From: Octopus vulgaris
Lineage: Eukaryota
Length of the DNA stretch: 64,000 nt
Direction: 5' to 3'
Assembly (NCBI GenBank): GCA_951406725.2
Contig: OX597828.1
Coordinates: 2,480,001 to 2,544,000, forward strand
Positions 26,871 through 40,072 of this stretch are shown in pieces (within the stretch, counting starts at the first letter, position 1; every line of letters begins with the position of its first letter). The notes beneath the pieces were generated by a model. The model saw only the letters and a program-made list of their open reading frames with translations. It did no database searches and was not told where the DNA came from. A program made the position numbers and the translations under genes.

Positions 26871-27015
26871 CAACTGGTTGGACATTTTATTACGTAAATA
26901 AATAAACAACTTTTGTTTATCCTTTTAGATACTCTACATCTGGTATATGATACTCTCCGATGCAGACTATTATTAACACCGCTAATAACACGAAGAGATG
27001 CATTTGTAATGCGAT

Positions 27016-27450
27016 TATGACCGGAATAAGGCCCATAGAGGCCCTAAGCACTTAAAAGTGCCCTCAAGTATATGGAAATGGTACAAAATGTAAAGAAAAA
27101 TAATTTTAAATGTAAACAATTACCATAAAATAAATTTTAGTTTTCAAAATGAAACAAAACTAACAGTAAGAGGGAAAACAATGTTTATTTTTGTATGCTT
27201 CCACTTTACTTATATTTGAAAAGTTTTCTGTTTTTTTTTCTACTTGCAAAGTGTTCGATGATATCGTTAAAATTAATTTTACATAAAACTTCTGCTTCTA
27301 TGCTTAGTAGAGACAAGGCATTACGAATACTATTTTAGCAAGTTTAAAGTGATTTCTTTCGTGCCGTAAACCATTTTCATTCCTGTGGTGCCCCCGTCCC
27401 TTGATGCCCTAAACACGTGCTTATTTTGCTTAATGATTAATTCAGCGCTG
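27016..27450. mobile_element. hAT-type MITE
   Basis: Degenerate TIRs TATGACCGGAATAA and TTAATTCAGCGCTG; 8-bp TSD AATGCGAT / AATGCGAA (7 of 8 match). Confidence 0.6.
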
Positions 27451-28037
27451 AATGCGAATACTTTATACAGTTTCTAATCAAAGCTAATCTATCATGATAT
27501 TAGACAGAGTTTAGAACAGATTAAGTTAAGTAAGATTATATTAGTTTATTTATGAAGATATATAAAATATGTGTTCTCAACAGCTTTCGGTAGGCTTTTG
27601 CAGTAGTTTTGAAGCCATATTGAAGGTTTTAGAATGTTTATTTTTAATATAGATAATATTAGAAAAAAAAAAAAAAAAAAGTAAAAGGAAAAATAAACCA
27701 GACAAATATGAAAGTTTTATTTCTTTAAAATACATTTTTCTTATTTTTGTTATACCTTGGTGCTACTACTTTTTTAAGTGACGGTCTAGTTGAGCTGAAA
27801 AAAGGTGCAAAGGACCTTTTAAGGGGTTTATTATATTTAAACTATTTTGAAAAATAATCTCTAGCTGTTGGTGCTCAGTAAGCTCAGCGCTTTAATAAGG
27901 CAATAGCAAAACAGACTTAAGCTATAGTAATAACAACGTCCCTTATTGTATTGCAAAAGTCTGTGATTGTGTTATAAAGTATCTTCAACATATTTTTAAA
28001 ATACACTGCATTTTATATACATACATACATACGTACG

Positions 28038-28153
<116 letters not shown>

Positions 28154-28186
28154 TATCTGTAAATGTAATATGTGACAATTATTCGG

Positions 28187-28260
28187 TAGCCATGATAAAA
28201 CTCCGAGTTTCGGATGCCGAGGTGGAAATCCACGCCGCCATCTCTTCAGTTATCCGGCCA
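28187..28260 (-). ncRNA. Type I hammerhead ribozyme (family B), core intact
   Basis: Stem I UGGCCGGAUAA/UUAUCAUGGCUA; core CUGAAGA; stem II GAUG..GUGG-AUUU-CCAC..CAUC; GAAA; stem III ACUC-G-GAGU; GUU cleavage triplet. Folded by eye. Confidence 0.75.
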
Positions 28261-28329
28261 TCGGAAAAATACTATGAAAAGTTTTTCATATGATTTTTCA
28301 TAGCAGGTTTTTTCATAGTATTTTTCCGA

Positions 28330-28403
28330 TGGCCGGATAACTGAAGAGATGGCGGCGTGGATTTCCACTTCGACATCCGAAACTCGGAGTTCTATCATGG
28401 CTA
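28330..28403 (+). ncRNA. Type I hammerhead ribozyme (family B), inverted partner
   Basis: CTGAAGA at 28341-28347, GAAA at 28379-28382, same stems; one mismatch at the first pair of stem I. Confidence 0.7.
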
Positions 28404-28498
28404 CCGAATAATTGTCACATATTACATTTACAGATATATTCCTCTATTTACATAATATTGAGGTATCTTTCTTTCTTTTGTTGTCTTACCATTATTAT

Positions 28499-28572
<74 letters not shown>

Positions 28573-28575
<3 letters not shown>

Positions 28576-29330
28576 CGAAATTTATAGGAAAACGAAGGAC
28601 GAAGACAGATGTATGAACAACAAGCTGGCGTATTAGTTTGACGCTCGGGAAAATGGAAATGAAAAAAGTCTTTTATGTTTCGAGCCTATGCTCTTCAACA
28701 GAGAGGGATAAAAGAAAATAAACAGAGAGAAAATGAAAAAAAAAGACTTGTAGATTTAGCGATCAAGCATGGCGAATGACTAGAAAAAAAGTTTGAAAGA
28801 AGTTGAAAGAAAGGGAGATAATAAAGTGTTGGTGACCCCAAATGAAGGTACGTGTGCGTGTGTGTGTATGCATGTGAGAATGGTGGGTGTCAATGTGTGT
28901 ATGTGCGTGTGTGAATAGGGGCTAGTGACTCTGATATGGGCGAGTGTGTGCGTGTATGTGTGCGTCTGTAATGTGTGTGTGAGTATGTGTGTTGTGTGTA
29001 GCAGCTGAGGTGTGATTTTGGGGGGGTGAGGGTGGGGTGGGGGCGTTGTGGAGGATATCAATGAAGACAGGAGATATGCAGGAGTGAAGAGAGGAGGTAG
29101 GTGTCAGATGAAGAGAGGAGGGGAGTTGCGCCCATGTGGTACAAAGGAGTGAAGACAGAAGATTAATTGATAATATTGAAGGAAACCAATAATGCCTCTT
29201 CAGTAATTGTTTTTGGTGGGTGCTCTGTAGCATGTCTAAATCGTCTCTAATGAAACTTTTGATGTATTTTAGCAAGGGTTTCTGCAGGATGTCTAGAAAA
29301 TTGCTTGGGCTATGAATTTCACAGGCTGGT
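28573..29330 (-). mobile_element. Penelope-like element pieces: inverted RT N-terminal segment joined to an EN C-terminus, 3' UTR and pseudo-LTR with a degenerate minimal hammerhead
   Basis: Minus strand PACEIHSPSNFLDILQKPLLKYIKSFIRDDLDML..TEEALLVSF; then IFCLHSFVPHGRNS; UUGAAGAGCAUAGGCUCGAAACAUA at about 28672-28698. Confidence 0.7.
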
Positions 29331-30660
29331 TTGGTTTCCTTCTATGTTATCAATCTTTACATCAACAACCCACATGACTATGGAATAAAAGCAATCAAAT
29401 TCTGGCTGGAAAATTATCCCGAAGTACTTCCGGAACGCATAAATCAGGTTTTTATAATTGAATTTTTAAAATTTATACTTCAGAACAATTATTTCCTATT
29501 TGATGACACCTACTATCGTCAAAAATGCGGAATTGCGATGGGAAAGAAATCAGCCCTTGTTCTTGCGAACCTGATAATGGGTTATTTTGAATTCATTATA
29601 TATGAAATGTCACTGCAAAAATATGGTTATCCATTTCACCATTACTTAAGAGAAAACTGGAAAAGATACCTGGATGACTGTTGTATCATTTGGAATGAGA
29701 CCATTGATAAACTTTTAGAATTTGAATTAACGCTAAATGATATAAACCATAACATTCAATTCATAATGTAATATAGCAAAGAACAGCTCCCATTTTGGGA
29801 TATTATGATAAAAAAAGGCAACAACCACATTATAACTGACATCTATCATGAACCAACGGACTCCTTTTTAGCTCATGCCACCCGAAACACATCAAAATAA
29901 ATATCCTCTTTAATTTGGCAAGAAGGATTTGCACAATAGTGTCTGATAGAACTACTCGGGACCTTCGTCTTCAAGACCTCAAAACACTGAAACATAGTAT
30001 CCACCCTCATTTATAGACGATGGAATTGAGCGTGCCAAGAAATTAGGCATAAAAACACCAAGGACAACTAAACATAACACCACACCTCATCTCAAAACAC
30101 TACTGTATATATCAATGAGGCATACAACACTTTTGTGCAAAATCTTCCTTTACTAACTACTAGAGACCCAAAAATGAAGTACATCCTGAGAGCACATAAA
30201 TTCACCAAATGCAAGAAGCAGCACAAATCACTAAAGAGACTTCTAACAAAAGCGAAGTTTTACACAACTACAAAATCAACAGTTAAAAAATGTGGACGCC
30301 CAAACTGTGGAATATGCCCCAACCTACTTGAAGGCTGCTCGGATTTCCTTTTCAAACAAGGAGAAAGGTTCACAATTAAAACCATCTTCGCTTGTGCCTC
30401 TGAGAATCTAATTATGTAATAACCTGCTCGGGTTGTGGACATCACTATATATAAAGTGAACAAATACAGAGACGTGCAGGTAACATCAAACCAAATTTCA
30501 CAATTTTCCCCTTCATTACAAAAACGTTTACATAAGTAAAATTTATTCATCGAAAAATACAGAACACGTCTAAATATGCACACATAACCAACATTGATCA
30601 TTATACATAATTCAATTCACAATTACATACCCATCACGGTACATATTTCTCTCCACTATA
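29331..30660 (+). mobile_element. Penelope-like retroelement (RT, thumb, CxxC linker, partly deleted GIY-YIG), decayed
   Basis: VSFYVINLY..FILQNNYFLFDDTYYRQKCGIAMG..LANLIMGYFE..WKRYLDD; SCHPKHIKINI; KCGRPNCGICP..FACASENLI; LFIEKYRTRLN*. Confidence 0.92.
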
Positions 30661-30670
30661 GTTTTGAATA

Positions 30671-31073
30671 GCGTAGGAGTGACTGTGTGGTAAGTAGCTT
30701 GCTTACGAACCACATGGGTCCGGGTTCAGTCCCACTGCGTGACACCTTGAGCAAGTGTCTTCTACTATAGCCTCGTGCCAACCAAAGCCTTGTGAGTGGA
30801 TTTGGTAGACGGAAACTGAAAGAAGCCCGTCGTATATATGTATATATATATGTATGTGTGTGTGTGTATGTTTGTGTGTCTATGTTTGTTCCCTCCAACA
30901 TCGCTTGACAACCGATGCTGGTGTGTTTGCGTTCCCGTAACTTAGCGGTTCGGCGAAAAAGACCGATAGAATAAGTACTAGGCTTACAAAGAATAAATCC
31001 TGGGGTCGATTTGGTAGACTAAAGGCGGTGCTCCAGCATGGCCACAGTCACATGACTGAAACAAGTTAAAGAG
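30671..31073 (+). mobile_element. CORE-type SINE family 1, full length
   Basis: Colinear with 2187-2565. Confidence 0.9.
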
Positions 31074-31074
31074 T

Positions 31075-31710
31075 TTTCGCTATTCATGATATTATGGTTT
31101 ACTTATTTGAGTATGCATTTTCTAAGAAGAAATTTTGTTCATGTTGAGTGTGATGATATTTACGTGTGAATGACTTCCACAAGTAGAAAAATAAGGGGAG
31201 GTAATTAGTTATCGTTATTACTGTTATTGTTGTGGGCAAGGGAGATAACTGTTCAGCTTTCGGTAAGGAGAGGGGAATATATATGTATAGGCAAAAAAAA
31301 AAAAAAGGGTTCGAAAAACTTGCTTAGTGAGGGGATTTATGTACAGTGATGTAATCGTGAATTGAAATATGTAAAAAGATAAAAGTTGGTTATGCGTGCA
31401 TATTAAGATGTATTCTGTATTTTTCAATAAAAAAGTTTCTTTATTTAAACGTTCTTGTGGAGAGATTGTGTCTTTTCGCTGGTAGAAGGGGAAGACTGTG
31501 AAATTTGTTTTGATGTTATCTGCACATTTTTCTATATGTTCACTGAGAGGAATTTGCCTGTATTGCGGGAAAAGAGCAAATGCTCTTTATATAAAGTGGT
31601 TCTCTTTCTCAAGGTCATACTCGTCTGTCCAGTATAGTTGTGTCTGCAACCTGAGCAGGTTATTACATAAATTAGGTTCTCAGAGGTACAAGAGAACCGG
31701 TCAATAAACA
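31075..31710 (-). mobile_element. Penelope-like element 3' end (GIY-YIG endonuclease and 3' UTR), convergent with the 29331 copy
   Basis: RFSCTSENLIYVITCSGCRHNYTGQTSMTLRKR..ERLNKETFFIEKYRIHLN*; paralogous to 30390-30590. Confidence 0.88.
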
Positions 31711-32004
31711 CAATATAAGATATATTAAAAATGATATTCAAACTATTTAAAGTGTGTGCATTTTCCTTCTTTAATTTATATATATATATACATATATATA
31801 ATTCGATTAAAGGTTGTATTAATCTCATGAAGGGATGGTTTCAATTCAAGGTAAGACTGATTCAATGCCTAGTATTTTTAGGGAATTCATTTCCTTAAAA
31901 TATAGCTATATATAAAAACATATAGTTTATATTCTTATAAAAGAAGAAAAGGAGACTGGAGATTGGAAAGTTAATAATTGTTTAATAATAATAGCAAATT
32001 ATTC

Positions 32005-32094
32005 ATCTTCACTTACAACTGTTTCAATTAATACTCAGTAAATATTAAGTAAATACTAAATATTAAGTAGATATAATATCTTCAGAGGGGAAAA
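32005..32094 (-). ncRNA. Type I hammerhead ribozyme (family A), left arm
   Basis: Minus strand: UUCCCCU-CUGAAGA-about 53-nt AU-rich stem II-GAAACAGUUGUA-AGUGAA. Confidence 0.55.
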
Positions 32095-32190
32095 AATATA
32101 CCCTTGAATGTTTTATATATGTTTATGGATTCATTAAAGCAGACTGAATGATGATCCATAAACACATATAAGACACACAAAGATATATAT

Positions 32191-32286
32191 TTTCCCTCTG
32201 AAGATATTATGCTCCGGTCATATAAATGCAAATTTAATATTTACTTAATATTTACTGAGTATTAATTGAAACAGCTGTAAGTGAAG
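32191..32286 (+). ncRNA. Type I hammerhead ribozyme (family A), right arm
   Basis: CTGAAGA at 32198-32204; stem II ATGCTCCGGT/ACTGAGTAT; GAAA at 32268-32271; palindromic stem III ACAGCTGT; GUA at 32277-32279; stem I TTCCCT/AGTGAA (5 of 6 pair). Confidence 0.65.
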
Positions 32287-32620
32287 ATGATTAATTTGGT
32301 GTTAATAATAAACAATTATTAACTTCCCAATCTCCATTTTCTTTTCTTTTTTTCTTCTTATATATATACATATATAGGCATATGTTTATCCATTTGTCCT
32401 GCAAGATTCCTGACGTGAAATCGTGTGTTGAAACAAATATAGTTGTATTTCGGTACGGTAATTTTTTTTGACAAATAAACACACGCACTATATATTTTGT
32501 TCTTCACTCGTTTATTACTGTTCTTATTTTAACTTATGTCTATTGTCCGGAAACCTTTAGTCACACATCTGTGACTTCTTCAGCGACACTTTTCGTTTTC
32601 GTGTGTGCTCTGCTCTTCTG

Positions 32621-33080
<460 letters not shown>

Positions 33081-33329
33081 ATGACAGAACAGAGGTCAAG
33101 GGTATAGACATTAACAAATATAACATTATTCCTACCAGTTTTGACTTTCAAAGTAAAAAATCCCAGGTTCGAATTCGAGGACGATTATCTACTACAAATC
33201 GAAAGAGAGAAAATGTGCACGACAATGCAACACCTGATGCCAACTTGTTGAAAATGAACGACACAAATAGAGGACGAATTTAGAAAAATCTATGTTTAAT
33301 GTAGGATTGATAATGTTGATCCACGATTA

Positions 33330-33818
33330 ACTCTACATTTTATGCTGTTAAACGACTGGATGAACATTTTATTTCTTGTAAAAATATCTGAAAAATGTCT
33401 GAAAGTGGGCCAAAAATTATCGTTGAGTCTGGTTATTGGTCAAGTCTTGACAGCATCAGTTCACATGGCCGAGCCTGTAGAGATGTCGATTTAAGGTCTT
33501 CCACAGCAGACCTTGGTTTGTCTTCGAGACTGGAGTCACCTTCCTTGAAATGTCTGAACCTATTTTGTATCGCACGTTCCTTGATAGTTCCTGAGTCTTC
33601 TACATCACTGATTTCTTTTGCCATTGCCTTTGCACTCTGCCCTTTTTTTCCCCAAGGGTAGCGTAAAATGGCTTCTAATTACAATTTTTTAATCACTAAT
33701 TATCAAAGTTGTAAAATAAAGAGTAAACGATTTATATTTATATGTTATATATAAAGATGGAGATTCAAGTTGCCAAAAATCATCAGGGAAAATCCGAAAA
33801 AACTTTTGACTCAACCTG
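33330..33818 (-). mobile_element. Mariner remnant (N-terminal HTH region and one probable TIR)
   Basis: AKEISDV..TIKERAIQNRFRHFKEGDSSLEDKPRS; TIR-like CAGGTTGAGTCAAAAGTT on the minus strand. Confidence 0.75.
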
Positions 33819-35088
33819 AGGAGTACTGAACTTGAAGTGTGTACTTCCCTTGTAGAGTCTGATAGCAATCTTGTACTGCGATGCAAAATTTCTCTCGAAG
33901 ACTCAAATTGTTAGAGCTGGAAAGGCATAGGTTCTACCGGGTTTCGAAGCTTAAGACATGTTGTAGGTTATCGTGGCGCTCCCTACAATTGCATTAGGAG
34001 TTGAGGACCTTAGGCAAGGAAATTACTAAACAAGAACATTTACTATCAACAAAATGCGGAACAAGTTTTAATCGTCCAGGGAGGTTTATTAGTTGCTGCT
34101 GTATGAAGAATTAGATCCTGTTTCGTGGTTGTAAGGACAAATGTTTCCATCAATTCTTATTATCCAGTCTACGCAAAAATCCGTTGTTTTGCAAATATTT
34201 TTCCTGCGACATTTGTACGCACTCAGTGCAGTATAATTATTAATTATTGCATTATTTTTGGTATATAACCTTTAGTACATATTAGTTTCTTAATGTTTGC
34301 TGACTGCAAACTGTGTACGAGCGCGTACACGCCTTAGAAGGAACATTGGGATAGACGACCGACCCAACATTTTTATTACACCGCATTCCTATTGATAAAC
34401 TCAAATTAGTTTTGCTAAATAATGTAAAATATTGTGTACATTACAATAAATACTGCTTTAAATTACAAAGGAGTAAAGCATACTTGTGTATAAGCATACT
34501 CCTGTCTGCTTATGTGAGTGTGTGACGCATCTAGAACAGCTTAAATATTTCATTTCTTTACATCAAAGAAAGGTTACAGCTTACATAACACTCGAATTTC
34601 TCATGTATGGCGTATACTCCTGAGTTGTTGAAGGTTTCATTAATTGCTATAGGAACAAAACCAGGATAAGGAACTTTTTACATTCAAGCCAAGTAAATAG
34701 TTCAGTGATTTGTCCCTCACAATTTAGGACGCTAATTGGTCAATTAGTTACTTAAAACTCAGAGAAGTTATTTTTTAATACAACCTTATTGCTTCCCTAC
34801 AAGATGAACCTTTCTCACTCGTTGTTTAGATGTTTACAATAAGAAGGTTTTTCTCCTTTTCTCACTTCTTCCTTAATATCCCCTTTTACTAACCTTTCTA
34901 TAGACCTACCTGCTTAATCTGTTTCTTGACCGTTTAACCATTATTCACTTTATCCTCTTGAATAAAGTAAAATTTGTTTCACTGAGGTATTTAATAAATG
35001 TGGGTTCGAGTTGAACAAGGAGGTTTCGACTTTTTCTATCCATAGAGTTTTTAATCCTATGTCTACACGATATTATTTATAGCTTTAT

Positions 35089-35218
<130 letters not shown>

Positions 35219-35722
35219 TTTTTATCTTTTACTTGTTTTACTCATTACACTGCGGCCATGCTGGGCCACTGCTTTGGGAAATTTTACTTGAATGAATTTC
35301 GAAATACATGATTTTTAAAATATTTTGGCTGATTCAAGTAACTAAGCAAATTACATTTTGAAAGGAGACATAAATGTCTATTGTAATAACAAAAGTGCAG
35401 ACATTGAAAATATTTAGATCTGGAATTATTAATCACTGAATAGTGGCCTAAGGCTCAAATCCGCCATGTTTGATCACCGGAAATCTAATATAGGACTTTT
35501 TTTTATTTAAAAATTTGAAACAATATCAATGGGACATGGATTTTCAGATAAAAATGATTTCAACTCTTAACGCGAAGTCATTCGCCTCTAAAACAAGCAA
35601 TAAACTAATGTTAGACTTCAAGGGTTAAATTTAATGGCGAAACCCAGTATACAATACTTTTATATGTGAATGCATAAAATCCAGTTTCAAAGGTTGAAAA
35701 TGACTCAATCTTGAGATATTAG

Positions 35723-36163
35723 TTTCAAATTTTGGCACAAGGCCAGAAAGTTCGGTTAAGTGTGTAAGTCGAATATATCGGCCCGAGTCGTCAACTGGTG
35801 CTTATTTCATCGACTCTGAAAGGATGAAAGGCAAAGTCGACCTCGACGGAATTTGAACTCAGACCGTGAAGACGGACGAAATGTCACTAAGAATTTTGTC
35901 CGGTATGCTAACGATTCTACCAACTCGCCGCCTTTCAGATGAATATGATATTGATCCCAGATTTTGGCACAAGGCCAGCAATTTCGGGAAAGAGTCTAAT
36001 TCGATTATATCAGCCCCGGTTGTCAATTGGTGCTTATTTTATCGACTCCGAAAGGATGAAAGGCAAAGTCGAGATTGCGGAACTTTAGTTCAGAACGTAA
36101 AGACGGACGAAATGCCGTTAAGTATTTTGCCCGGTGCGGCAACCATTCTCTCAGCTCGCCACC
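35723..36163 (-). mobile_element. Two tandem SINE family 2 copies, tail type B (35723-35934 and 35961-36163)
   Basis: Core aaaggatgaaaggcaaagtcga; tail GGCCTTGTGCCAAAAT on the minus strand. Confidence 0.85.
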
Positions 36164-37008
36164 TCAATCGATCTTGAAATATTAGAGGTTAGATGTGGCT
36201 CAAAATGTATCGAAATCCTCAAATTCGGTTTCTCAGCCCTTTAATTTGATTGCCCATAAAAACAGAACCACACACAGTTAAAGGTGAAATTTTTAGGTAT
36301 TTGACTAAATTACAAAGACTATTTCACTTAGCAAAAATTTCAGGCAACTTGAAAAATATCACCTTTCAAGCTAGGCTCACTAGTGGCAAGAATGCCCCAA
36401 TAACTAATAGTAGAGATATGCTGGAAGTGAGTATTAAACCATATTTATTCCATCCATCCGCTACTGCTTGTATCATTCCACTACACTTCATATAAATACT
36501 TCTTACATTGGCACCACGCCACACATTTTGGAAGAAGGTAATAGTCAATACAATTGACATTGCAACTTTCGTTCTTATTTTATTGATCTCGTTGGGATCA
36601 ATAGTCCGACAACATATGAACTAAAAACGGAAAGAAATGTAAATAAATATCGCAAGGTATTACGTCTATATGTACATTACATAATGTGCAAACATCTTCT
36701 GATGATGTGACGTCACAACACTACAATATCTTGAAGAAGGGAAGTTACTCTAAATTTGGTCAACACACACACACACACACAAGTGAATAAGTTTGCAAGT
36801 TATTGATTGAAATTCTATCGTAAAATGTCTGGTGTATTCTTAGTGCTATCATGAAGTAGTGGAGCGACATATCATAATAAACCTCCGATCTAGATAGTGT
36901 ATGCTGAGTGAATCCTCTCCCCCGGATAAGAAAGTTTGTTTGAAGACTCTCCTGTTAGATAAGGTAGAAAAATTCAGTAATGTCAAGGGCAAATTTTACT
37001 TGAATCTT

Positions 37009-37438
37009 GGGATTTTTTTCGGTTTGAACGGCGGTTTTTAACATAATTTCTAGGTAACTAAAAATTTTTAAACTTCGTATACTGGTAGAATGTGTTTATA
37101 AAACATCTTTTTCTCTTGGCTTTATTGAGAAAATTCTATAGTTTGTAAGACATTTGGTCTTTAATTTCTTGCATTTCGGCAATTTCAACCATTCAATGAC
37201 CGTCTATCGAGGTGAAAACATTCTGTGCCGTATGAATATGTCCCTCGTTTAAGAAACAGATTGGGCTTATTTACATTTGTGAAGAAAAAAGATACCCTTC
37301 CCTCCACCCCTAACTCTAACCCTAACCCTAACCTAAAACAGATTGAAATGCAATAGATCGATACTAGGGTCATAATTATGGGTGACATTTTCATATGACA
37401 CCGCTAGAAAAAACTGCCGTTCAAACCGAAAAGATACG
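37009..37438. mobile_element. Unclassified TIR element with internal (CCCTAA)-like repeats
   Basis: About 30-bp TIRs TTTTCGGTTTGAACGGC(G/A)GTTTTT; direct repeat AATCTT at 37003-37008 and 37439-37444; CCTAACTCTAACCCTAACCCTAACCTAA at about 37308-37336. Confidence 0.8.
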
Positions 37439-37719
37439 AATCTTAAGCCTTATGAAAAAAAAAAAATGAATAAATAAATAAATAAAATAAAATAAAAAGA
37501 GGGACGTAATCGAGGTGTCCATGCCTTTCCCAAGGGCAGATAATATAAAATGGCTAGAAACAGGACCAAACGCTTTCATTGATGTATGATATTTACCTCT
37601 TTCTCTGATCAGTACAAGGCAAAAAATATTGGTTGGTGTGAAAGATTTGTCTTGTCATCTGTTATAACTCTGTTATAATTCCATTCAAGTTTAGAATACA
37701 TTACAAGAGAATAAATCAA

Positions 37720-38190
37720 CAGCGAAAGACAAAGTCGACTTTGACTGAATTTGAACTCGGAACATAAAGGATTATAATTAGATACAATATATTCCGTTCG
37801 GCACTCTAACGTTTTATGTCAGTCCGACGTCAATTGCATCAGAATTTGAACTCAGAATTACGTGGCCCATAACTATAAATCAGAAATTATTTCATCTGGC
37901 TATTCACACATTAGGTTTGTTATTCTATGTCCTTGATGTAGCTTATTGATAATTATTTTATCAGCTGCCTGAAGAGATGAATGGAGCAACGCAATAACAT
38001 TGACTTTTCTAAGTTCAAATCAATGTGCTGTTACCATAGGTGGATGCATGGTTGTATTGTTAAGAAGTTGTTTTTGAAACTACATGACTTCACTTTCGAT
38101 CCCACTCCATGGCAGATATTTGGTATGTTTTCTCTACCATAATCTTGAGAAAACAAAAACTGTGTGGAAGCCTGTATGTGAGAAGTTCCT
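37720..38190. mobile_element. Old SINE remnants (family 2 minus strand at about 37720-37830; family 1 plus strand at about 38040-38190)
   Basis: aaagtcgactttgactgaatttgaactc; ttaagaagttg...ttcgatcccact. Confidence 0.5.
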
Positions 38191-39483
38191 TTATGGGTTG
38201 TTGATTTAATCCATCATTCAGTCTAATACCATCACCTGGTCATTGGCTGACTTTAGTGAAGTCCACTTTGCTGCAAGCACTCGGGCCAGGTCTCATTTGA
38301 ATATAAGTAAATGATACTAAAACTGCAAGGTCAATTTCTCGCGAATACAGCGAGAGAAACAGGGGAGTTATTTCAAGTTGGAGAACGAGCGACGCCGATG
38401 ATACTGGCAATAAACAATTGTTTATTAATCCTTATGCTATTCGGTCGAATTAGTTTATAAAGCGCTTACGAGATTAACACCCCACCGTCATTGTCTCCTG
38501 TAAAGATAAGTCAATATTAATTTTTCATCGATTTTAAAAATACGCCTTTGTGGAGGGGAACACATCAGAGTTAGGTCCGCCGCTGATATATAAAACAACA
38601 TATTTTTATCATTTTATACTTAGTCTATGCTGCATGGCCGAGTGAATCGATCACACCAATCATCAATATATTTGGTAGCTATAAATTGTTATTTCTTTTT
38701 TTTTTTTTTTCTTACTGTAATGTCTTTTAGTGTTCCGCCTTCAATTTCTAATTGTGACTCGATAGTGTGTGTGTGTGAGAGAGTGTGTGAGTAAGTGAGT
38801 GAGAGAAAGAGAAGAGGAGGGAGAGAGAGGTAAGGGGATTTGTTCTTAAATTTTTTGAAGTGCAAATAGCTAATATTTCGACAGAAATTCTCAAGTAGAC
38901 CGTGTTTAGTTTTCCCGAATATACTTTTATTGTTACGTTCGTTGATTCGACGCGTCCATTTATCCCTCAGCTATGAATGCCAACCTGAAAGAAACTTTAC
39001 TCCATACGGAATACCCTAAATAATGGCCAAACTACCGGGAGAGGTCATATTTCGCTGCAAGCCTTACGTTCACGTTCTTCTGAATACTGAATGTGAGACG
39101 AGGTGTCATTTTTGTTTAAAGAGGTAACATAATTTTGTATCTTTTGGGCACTTACACCCCACGTTAGTCATTTGTTCCTTTTTATTATTCAACCTTTGCT
39201 TCTAATAACAGCATCCTCAGCTACCGACGGCACTTCTGAATGCAATTGCACCAGTAATGTAATTCTAATATGATGGTTTACCCTCTACACCTGACTCAAC
39301 AATCTACGTATTGTGTTTGAATAACATTTTAGCACACCATGACCATATCATTTACTTACACCATTCTGGACACTTATTTGAATTTTAAATCTCATGATTC
39401 CAGCATGCAATCCTTTATTTTTGCCTATTAGCCAAATGATGAATTCTGTATCGCCGTAAATATGCAAACGCACAAGCATACTC

Positions 39484-39485
<2 letters not shown>

Positions 39486-39533
<48 letters not shown>

Positions 39534-39542
39534 CACACATAC

Positions 39543-39573
<31 letters not shown>

Positions 39574-39829
39574 CATACACATATATGTATATATATATAT
39601 ATATATATATACATACACATATATGTATATATATATATATATACATACACATATATGTGTATATATATATATATATATACATACACATATATGTGTATAT
39701 ATATATATATATATACATACACATATATGTGTATATATATATATATATACATACACATATATGTGTATATATATATATATATATACATACACATATATGT
39801 GTATATATATATATATATATACATACACA

Positions 39830-39910
<81 letters not shown>

Positions 39911-39924
39911 ACATATATATATAT

Positions 39925-39973
<49 letters not shown>

Positions 39974-39996
39974 TATATACATACATATATATATAT

Positions 39997-40055
<59 letters not shown>

Positions 40056-40072
40056 CATACATATATATATAT
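39486..40072. repeat. About 590-bp compound (AT)n/(AC)n tract with a 32-34-bp higher-order unit
   Basis: Unit ACATACACATATATGTGT(AT)n repeated about 9 times; source of the spurious YIYI ORFs. Confidence 0.95.

Larger units (their letters stand above)
31937..32361. repeat. Long imperfect inverted repeat (about 200-bp arms)
   Basis: Examples: tggagattggaaagttaataattgttt / aaacaattattaacttcccaatctcca; tcatcttcacttacaactgtttcaattaatactcagtaaatattaagtaaata and its reverse complement; tgtttatggat / atccataaaca. Confidence 0.9.

Noticed and set aside
28670-28705. Minimal hammerhead on the minus strand as a functional ribozyme
   Set aside because: Core reads UUGAAGA and stem III GAAACAUA cannot pair properly; kept only as a pseudo-LTR relic.
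39540-39870. Regularly spaced repeats of about 33 bp, superficially CRISPR-like
   Set aside because: No unique spacers and no cas genes; a higher-order microsatellite in eukaryotic DNA.
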